Shown here: piece by piece, positions 54,615 to 64,000 of the stretch
How positions within the stretch are numbered: position 1 is the stretch's first letter
How the letters are laid out: each line of letters opens with the position of its first letter
Source of the DNA: Trichoplax adhaerens
Lineage: Eukaryota > Animalia > Placozoa
Length of the DNA stretch: 64,000 nucleotides
Direction of reading: 5' to 3'
NCBI RefSeq assembly: GCF_000150275.1
Contig: NW_002060943.1
Span: 5,166,008 to 5,230,007, forward strand
Notes under the pieces: model-generated
What the model was told of the DNA's origin: nothing
Database searches by the model: none
What the model saw: the letters and a program-made list of their open reading frames with translations, nothing else
Program-made: the position numbers and the translations under genes

Positions 54615-57600
54615 ATGCCGTCCAGTAAGAGTGATACCATGCGCGGCTTGGCCGTTTTCATTTCGGATATACGAAATTGTGAGTTTCTGCATCATGACGT
54701 AGTCCAACAAGGCGTTAACTTGACATTTCTACCATCAACCAGGCGTATTTCTCTTTTTTTTCTCCCCCTCTCTCTCTCTCTCTTTCTTTCTTCTGACGAT
54801 AGTATCCGAACGACGTTGATACAACACCTTTATGTCAAGTTGTCTTTGAAGAGTACATCTCGACGATCTAGCCGATCGATCAATATTATCCTTCTTTCAT
54901 ACTTGTAGTTCAATACATGTCGGTCGATACCAGCTTTTTCTACACCAGATTGAGTACCGTACCGTACATCGCAGCAAACGCATGCAATCGGGTCTAGTCT
55001 GCAATTTCAACACTCGCTCTTTTGGATTACCAATTGTCCATGCCAGTCCGATGGACTGGTTGCTTTATCAATCCACATAGTCAAATACTGTCCATTTCAA
55101 CCAATACCCCTACCAAATGCAATTGTTATTCAACTCAACATATCATTTACTGTCATCTCTCTCTCCGATCATAGTACAAGTGCGTCAAAATGGCCATGAC
55201 GATATTGTAGACTCTCGTCCTGGATAGTTTCATTACCTTTTTCCAACTCAGATGACGATAGAATGCCATGTCGGCTTGAAAGATTGTCCATTGATGGCTT
55301 ACCATTCCTAGCATATCATTGATCCATAGTGTTACTCCTTTTTCATCAACAAAAAAAAATCATCGTCGAGGGCGTTAATCTTACCAAAATGTCATCTACC
55401 CATTCTAGGAGTCAATGACCTTGCCCATCTTCTCCCGATTCTAGCAAAGTCCAGTATTGATCGTATAGCAGTAAATTAAATAGAATACGATTCAAGTGAT
55501 TTTGTGTCGTACTGATGATGTTGAACATATAGAATTACTAAATGTGCGTAGTCAATGATTGCATAGTTGAATATTGACCCATATCTCATGCTTGTATGAC
55601 CTATTTTGTCGGGTGCGCTAGGCAAATCACGAGAAGCGGAAATTAAAAGAATTAACAAAGAACTCGCTAACATCAGATCCAAGTTTAAAGGTAATGAATT
55701 GAATATTGGATACTTGTTGTTGCTGCTGCATATTTTTATGTGTTAGGCAATGAAATTTACCTTTGATAGACGTAGACGTCGTGTCTAAATTGATGGGAAA
55801 ATGGTCCGACAATGAACCGTGCGTCATACTCAACATGCTTATTTTTGACTCTAGGCGATAAACAACTGGATGGCTACAGTAAGAAAAAATATGTCTGTAA
55901 ATTGCTATTCATATTTCTTCTTGGTGTCGATATCGATTTTGGCTACATGGAAGCTGTTAATTTATTGTCTTCCATTAAGTATACGGAAAAACAAATTGTA
56001 AGAACTGTTTATTCTATTCATTTTTCAATTCATAATTTGTTACTATTTTCCCAACTACAGTGATCTTATCGACCAATGCAATCATTGCAAATAGCACAAT
56101 CTTACATGATAATCTACAGTATAGTGTATGCTTGTATTGATGAACAGTCATAAACACATACTGTATACCGCAAATTTCGTTGAAACTCAGCTTAGATTAA
56201 TATTCATTTAATCCGCCCTTATTTAATTATTTAAAGATTTGATCGTGGTTAAATTTAAGTAACCGTTATTATTTTATCATACTGTTTTTGTAATGCAGAA
56301 TTAGAGTGTCTTAATGGCGGTTTATGCCATCACTATTTAAATTTTTAAAGGTTTTATAGTCGACAATTGAATTGAAGCAATCATGATTCCCGATACCGTA
56401 GAATATTTATTTTTTTACCACACAATTTTTCAGTCATGTTATGTCTACTGTCAGTACAAATAAGAATGCCTTAACTGTATGTGTGTACAAATACTTATCA
56501 TGTATCAAGCATGTAAAAAATGCTCTTTTGATTACTGTAGCACTCACAGCCCAATGCATTTTCGCTTACTTTTGTCCATTAGCTACTCTATACATTGTAC
56601 ATGATAAAGGGTAGTTCAACTTAGTCCTTTCTTTTTAATAGACTAATTGTTTTTACAACCGTTTACCAATGAAATGATTTCATGATACTGATCAAACATG
56701 CCTGTACCTCTTGGAGTAATTATTTTACTAATTGTAGATATTGTTTCTTTCATCATTTCTTTAAAGGGCTATCTTTTCATTTCTGTGCTGATTGATCACA
56801 GTCATGATTTGATGAAATTAGTAATCCAATCGATTAAAAATGATTTAAACAGTGGCAAGCCAATCCATATTTCACTCGCCCTGAATTGCGTTGCTAATGT
56901 GGGTAGCCCGGAAATGGCTGAACAATTGGCTAGCGAAGTGCCTCGAATTTTAGTTGGAAGGTATTAAATACACAAATTAGATTATCACAAGATTATTACT
57001 ATTACAGTATTGTGTTATCAACAATCGTTCTAAAGTCCTATTACAAGTGTTAAATCTACCAGTTTCAATACATTCACTTATGAATACGTATATGGCAGTA
57101 TGATTAGTTTCAGACTTTGCTTGGCTACATGATGAGTATTTATAATATCATCACACTTTCAGTGATAGCTTTCTAGAGTGACATTTCAAACTAATGTAAT
57201 CGTAGTGCATACTTTGACCTCAGCTTCTGATCAATATTGAACACTATACGCTCATTTTTTAGTGATACAATGGATACAGTCAGACAGAACGCTGCGCTAT
57301 GCTTGCTTCGCTTGTATAGAGTATCGACGAAGATATTACCTCCTGGAGAATGGACAACTAGAATAGTGCAACTGCTATCCGATAAGCACCTTGTAAAACA
57401 AATTGTCAATTTAACTTTTGCGTTCTCGGTTGGATTAACTGTACTTTAAAATTGATGGCTTTTCTAATTGTTTGTTCATTAGGGTGTTGTAACTGCAGCA
57501 TGCAGTCTAATTTATGAATTAGCAAGGGAAAATCCAGAGGATTATAAAGCATGCGTACCGTTGGCTGTTTCACGATTAAGTCGCGTAAGTGAAGCAATGG

Positions 57601-60600
57601 CGTTCATCCGTTTACCGGATTATCACTATATTATTACAACTATATCACGTATCCTTTCATATTCTTATAGATTGCAACCGCTAATTACGGTGATTTACAA
57701 GACTATACTTATTACTTTGTTCCTGCACCTTGGCTTTCTGTTAAGCTTTTGCGTTTATTGCAAACATATCCTCCACCAGGTTAGTAACTTAGTATAGACT
57801 AGCACGATTCAACGTACTATTACATACTGAATAATATGATACTGATCTGAAGTATCACCTTACAAAATTAGATGATCCAGCCATTCGTGCTCGCTTACAC
57901 GAATGCATTGAAGCTGTACTAAACAGAGCAATGGTAAATATAACATGATATTGTTTTATTATCGAATCGTTTCATCACTTGTTTCTTCCTTATGATAATA
58001 TAACTCATGGTATAACCTACAGGAACCACCAAAGTCCAAGAAAGTACAGCACAGCAATGCAAAGAATGCAGTCATTTTTGAAGCAATTAGTTTAATTATA
58101 CACTACGATAAGTAAGAATTGTAACTATTTCTTTATTACATAAATTAACTGTCTATTTACTATTTAAATGGTAATAATGTAGGCTAGGCTATTATTACAA
58201 CAAAGTTAAAATTTATATTGTATATTGTTATTAATTAATAATTAAAACAGCGATCCTGATCAAATGGTTCGAGCGTGTAATCAACTCGGTACCTTTTTGT
58301 CAAGTCGAGAAACTAATTTAAGGTTAATTTTGCTTAGGATGTTTTCATTTTATGAGAGGTCGAATTTTGACTATGTTATCATTATTTTTTATTTGCTAAA
58401 ATAGGTATCTTGCATTGGAAAGTATGTGTGCGCTGGCCTCATCTGAATATTCTCACGACGCTGTAAAGAAACATCAAAGTACAGTGATCCAGGCTTTAAA
58501 AGTTAGTGCACGTTATCTAACAATATCCAATACTGTATTTTTTTATGAATACCAGTCTAAAGGATGACCATATATATTTTATTTATCGTTGCAAAATAGT
58601 CATAGTTGTAATTGGTTTAATTATGCTTCACTGTTTAGAGCGAACGCGATGTTAGCGTCAGACAAAGGGCCATTGATTTGCTTTATGCTATGTGTGATAA
58701 AACTAATGCTATAGAGATAGTCGAGGAAATGTTGAATTATCTCAAAACTGCTGATTATTCTATCCGTGAAGAAATGGTACTTAAGGTAGCCATTCTAGCG
58801 GAAAGATACGCAGTTGACTATACATGGTATGTCGATACCATTTTGCGCCTGATAGGTATTGCTGGAGACTACGTAAGCGAAGAGGTAAAAGTTAATAAAA
58901 TAGAATGCAATTGTTGCATGGAACCTGAATTTCTTGTCCATGATCGGTATTACTGGATTTTTACTTTAGGTTTGGTATCGCGTAATTCAAATTACAGTTA
59001 ACAGAGATGATGTACAAGGATATGCAGCCAAAACTGTATTTGAAGTAAGAAAGCATGATTCGACTCATCCTATAGGAGTATAATGTTCGCTTGATCACGC
59101 TAATAAATAATAAATATAACTACAAATTGCATTATCTATGTAGGCATTACAAGCTCCTGCATGTCACGAGAATATGGTAAAAGTTGGAGCCTATATTCTT
59201 GGAGAATTTGGTAATTTAATTGCAGGTGATGGAAGATCGAGGTAAGTTTTAGCATTCATGATACTCATAGTAAAATGCTGTGTTTATGCTGTGCTGTAAG
59301 ATTTAGAAATGTAATTAAATTTTGTTATCTTAATATTTTACAGTGCTGGTACGCAGTTTGAGTTGCTGCATTCGAAGTTTCACTTCTGTAGCACAGCTAC
59401 TCGTGCTATACTATTAACGACATATGTAAAATTTATCAACTTATTTCCGGAACTAAAAGGTCAAATTCAGAAGGTATGGTTGAATGCAAATTTTTACAAA
59501 AGCAAAGCAGTAGCCAATAGTTACTCTAAATCGCTATTTCTTTTGTTGTGATAAGGTATTACGAAGCGACAATCAAATACGGAACGCTGATGTAGAATTA
59601 CAGCAAAGGTGCTTGGAATACTTAAGAATGACCAACGTTGCTTCTTCTGAAGTACTGGTATGTTCTCATAGTAGTATTGCGTTCTGACATACTTTATAAT
59701 TTAGTATGATATGGTATATTATAAATTTGATGGTGTTTACAGAATACTGTTTTGGAAGTAATGCCACCCTTCCCGGAACGTGACTCCTCAATTTTAGCAA
59801 AATTACAGAAAAAGAAATCAGTTATTAGTAACAAAAATTTGGCTGATGGAGTTGCTACTGCTAATGTATGGTTTAATGAACTTTTTGCATTCTTGAATTG
59901 CCATTCTTAATAAGGATAGATCAAATTCGTTAACGTTATACCAATATATTTCTGCAAATATAGACAACCAATGTGGCCGTTAAATCACCCGCTACCGCTG
60001 CTGCTTTAACCACGATTACAGCTCCGGCTGCAAATCCTAATAATGTTACAAATAATACGGCGGCACCTGTCATAGGTAATAATTAGAAAGTTGAAAACTC
60101 TGAAGGTGTTATATTGCTAAATTTGACATTAATTATCGCTTTGTATTTGGTTCTACCAGATCTTATTGCTCGTGACCCTGTCGAACCTGCTCCTACATCA
60201 ACAATTGACGGAGCTAGTTCTGGGGCACTTTTAGTTGATGTATTTGCTGAAGCCGAGCCGAAATTGCCACAAAGTAGTAGTGAAGTTATTGCTCAAGATA
60301 ACTCTGATAAGTAAGCAATTCATTCAATACGTATTCTTTTCTATCTACAGAGTTGGTTGTAAACATATTTTTAACTTTTTGATTAATCTAGATTTTTAAT
60401 GAAAAATAACGGAGTTTTATACGAAAGCAGCGTTGTTCAGATTGGAGTGAAAAGTGAATTTAAGCAAGGAACAGGTGTATTGTCTTGACCAATCTATTTC
60501 TATTACTGTAGATTTTGATATCGTTACTGCTTTACTAAGTGTATCTTTTCTGGCATCGAATAGGGGTTTTGAGTATATTTTTCGGTAACAAAACAAACTT

Positions 60601-61610
60601 TCAGTTGGCTGCATTCACCTCAGTTGTTGAATGTTCCGCTGATTTGCAGAGTCATATCCTTTCATTTTATTACGAATTTTTACTATGAATAAATGATCAA
60701 TATTACATATATTTATCGATTACGTAATTATATTCCTTAATAAGTATGTACGTCTTAAAGCAGAATGCCCACCTATCAACTCAATTTTAGAGGCTGGAGC
60801 GCAAGTTCAGCAAACAATCTCGTTAGAAGCTATAGGAGATTTTATGGAAACACCTTTATTAAATCTCTCATTTAAGTAAGTTCATTCTTAATTGTCGTCG
60901 CTACTTTTTTTCGATCTTATATCATCGACTCTGCAATGTTTCAGCATGAATGGTGGACATCAGCGCCTTTCTTTGAATCTACCAGTATTTCTTACAAAGT
61001 TTATGTCTCCAGTGGAAATGAACGCTGAAAATTTCTTTATGAGATGGAAGAATCTCTCTGGGTATTTATAAACTATATATCCTGCATAACGTGCAGTAGT
61101 GATAATTTATTACAGTACGAAAGTATGTAATGCTATCGTTGTAATCATAGACCTGCCCAAGAAGCGCAGGAAGTATTTAAAGCTAAATTTCCAATGGATA
61201 AGGAACAATCGAGTATTAAGGTGCAGATAAATTATGTTACTATACTATTTACAAATTAATTTATGCTGTTGGAAGTAATCCATTTGATTTACAAATCGAT
61301 AGATACAAGGATTTGGCTTTTCAGTTCTTGAAGGTATTGATCCAAATATTGAAAACTTTATTAGTGCTGGTATATTGTATACAAGGCAGGGTCAAGTTGG
61401 CTGTTTAATGAGACTAGAACCGAACTTGCAAGCATCGGTAAAGTTACAGTGATTGCCTATTTTTGTTGCTCTTTCTAATAGCTATTGTAAAACTAATAGA
61501 TTGTTTCTTACTTGTGTACTAATTATCTTTAGATGTACCGGTTAACTATTCGAGCATCTCGTGATAACGTGTCAGGCGTACTATTCAAGTTGATCAACCC
61601 TCATTTTTAA
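54615..61610 (+). CDS. AP2A: AP-2 complex subunit alpha (alpha-adaptin); includes one AT-AC intron
   Basis: [114 protein letters not shown], appendage [28 protein letters not shown] and MYRLTIRAS. Stop TAA at 61608-61610. Confidence 0.98.
60654..60751 (+). other. U12-type (minor spliceosome) AT-AC intron in AP2A
   Basis: 5' end ATATCCTTT, branch site TTCCTTAAT at 60733-60741, 3' end AC at 60750-60751. Removal gives an in-frame ...[27 protein letters not shown]; read-through hits a stop. Confidence 0.93.
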
Positions 61611-62795
61611 TGATTCTACACAGACGTTAGAGAATCACAGGCTTTGAAATACTTATTTTTCTTTAATTCTTACAATAGTTTTTTCCGTTGGTATATGCCT
61701 CACTGTGTATAATTGCTTTAATTAGAAATTAATTGTTGTCATCATTCCTTCAAAATAGGACTGGTAGTTAAAATAAATAAAACTAGATTTATCTATTTAC
61801 TAAATGCCACTGTAGAAGTCAGTGTAAACATGACTTCACTTGTAACTACAGTAGATATAAAATGTTACTATTTCATATCTCGCTGTTTACCTAGATACAT
61901 ATATACTGTAATACTGTGTAATAGCTCCTTATTAGATAGGAAAATTTTAAGATTTAAATCTGTGCCGAGATGGTATATAAACTTTTCGATTTATTCATAG
62001 TCTTGAATTGATCGGCTGTCATAATTAGTAAAGCAAATGTTATACTTATATGTAGAATTGCAAAATGACTACCTAACTTACACGAATGACTCTGTAGAAT
62101 TTTGTTTTCTCCTACACCGTATTAAATGATAAAAATTTTTTTAACAGAATTGGTGTAGTCCTTATTAAGTGGTCATAGTAAAACCTTACCCTGGATTAGG
62201 TTATATAGCGTCAAGATTTGTCGTATATTTATCAATGAATGTATGCTAAAACTTAATACCTCTATATCGTATAGTATTGAAAATCTAATATGGTAAATCA
62301 ATAAAGCACCTTAGACGATTGGTACCGTAGTGAAATCCTTTTATTACGATTGATAATTCGGTTAGAGATAGTTACTATACATTTTATTCTACTAATTGAT
62401 GGAACGTTTATGAGATCTTTCTCTAACATTATGGCAATTTTTTTGAGAGCCTTGCTAACACAGGCTGTATTCAGCATTTTTACTAGTTATAGTATACACG
62501 TATATTTTATATTATATAATACATAGACACGTAAATATACTCTATATTTGAATATTGATACAGAACGTTGCAGTGACATGTAGCGGAAGCTAATACATGT
62601 ATGTTGCACCTACGCGTATATGTCTGTATACGTATAGAAAAATGCGACGCATCAGATTGTCGATTATAAAAGAAGGTAACATCAATATCCGATAGTATGC
62701 ATTACAGTTACATTGTTTAATCCATATACTCAGTAAATATAGTAGTTGGGTGGTTGACTACCGATCATTAATTGCCTAAATAATAAAAATGAAAA

Positions 62796-63843
62796 TTATT
62801 TTGTTCTGTCGCTGGAGATCTTTTTTAATTCCTTTTCATCTGCTGGATCTAATTGCAGCATAGTTTCCTTGGCGCTCGATACTTTTTGACGTATCTATGA
62901 GGTGTATATAAATATAAAATACCGCGTTATTGTGGATGGAATCAATCTAGAGATGTAGTAGTTTACGCACGCTGTACGTATAGTCATCAGTGAAAACAAT
63001 CTGATGATTAAATCGATAAGTTGTTAATTAATGCATATTGTGGATAGTCTAGAAATAGGCTACCGTAATAATATTGGAAAGGTGAATCGAAAGGCATCGT
63101 ACGAATTTTACAATGACAATACAATCAATCATCGATTGCTCTATATTAGTTTGTATTCAAATACTACGTACAAAATAAATTTTTGATCTTGCTAAGATAA
63201 ATTATTTTCTTTCCCCACTATTCGTCTTTAAAGATTTTAGGTTGAATATGGAGTATTAGCAATCGCTCTCTGAGCCTTCCTTACATCCTTATTAAGTAAA
63301 TCCAATCTAATTTATTTATACAGCATAATTGTCTATGAAGGGCATCATTTACGTATGTATTCTTACCCAAGAGAAGCAGTGATCTTCATATCCATAGTCA
63401 TGATACAAGACTAAATAAATTCCTAAACCTGTACATCCGAATAATGTAATTAGTAGTTGATTTCAGATAGTACGTGTTGATTTTATGGATAGTATGTAAA
63501 GGCAGATTATAACTGATCATAAGAAGAGATTATTTCTGCTCCATTCAATATTTTTAACCAGTAAGACTATAGATATTAGTTACGGATTGGTAAACTGCGG
63601 GCGCAGCATGTGAACATAATCAGTTGAGCCATTTAGTCATGACAGAACTTGCAATATCTATTGTAGTAGTGAACTATATAAATACAGTATACGTGAGATA
63701 TTACCGACGACAGTAGTATAAGTAAACCATTTAAATCCTCTCTGATGGTTAGGAAGTACCATAGGCGTGTAGAGTTCAGCCTTGACATCTTTGCTTAGTC
63801 TTGCAATTTTAGGAGGTTCCTTATACCTGTAATCTTCAGCCAT
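62796..63843 (-). CDS. Small (about 99 aa) single-transmembrane hypothetical protein, 3 exons
   Basis: Exons 63843-63705, 63428-63367 and 62894-62796 splice in frame via GT-AG: MAEDYRYKEPPKIARL...FKWFTYTTVVGLGIYLVLYHDYGYEDHCFSWIRQKVSSAKETMLQLDPADEKELKKISSDRTK*. An upstream in-frame ATG lies at 63852. Confidence 0.72.
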
Positions 63844-64000
63844 GTTGTTCATTCACTACAACACAGTCGATGTGGGGCTGAGTCCAATGGCTGTCCATCG
63901 GGTGGAGGGCTGCCATACGGTACTACCGCACTGTCGTGTAGCCTATTCAGTACTCTAGAGGAAAGCTTTTCTTATAGATTTACCTTAATCCAGTTTAGTC

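Noticed and set aside
63235-63306. Extra exon in the small TM gene
   Set aside because: In the required phase it stops after 4 codons; the exon at 62894 gives a continuous frame.

Overview
AT-rich, intron-dense animal genomic DNA with no prokaryotic features. The short GT-AG introns, compact gene spacing and intron-containing isopentenyl phosphate kinase point to a placozoan such as Trichoplax (inference). Eight spliced protein-coding genes can be rebuilt by hand: MADD/Rab3-GEF (-, 3' end runs off the window), isopentenyl phosphate kinase IPK (+), ataxin-3 (-), MARCH6 E3 ligase (+), a CCDC34/MAP9-like coiled-coil protein (+), a compact AMBRA1 (+), alpha-adaptin AP2A (+) and a small single-TM protein (-). 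The main points of interest are: a U12-type AT-AC intron in AP2A that is needed to keep the reading frame; a possible U12 relic intron in MARCH6; an archaeal-type mevalonate-pathway kinase in an animal; a polyQ-less ataxin-3 head-to-head with MARCH6; apparent linkage conservation with human chromosome 11p; and a recurring promoter layout of TACAGTA/TACTGTA clusters, near-perfect hairpins and promoter-specific 120-190 bp tandem arrays. No rRNA, tRNA, CRISPR array or intact transposon was recognised. Exon boundaries and human-protein comparisons were made by eye and from memory, not by search.
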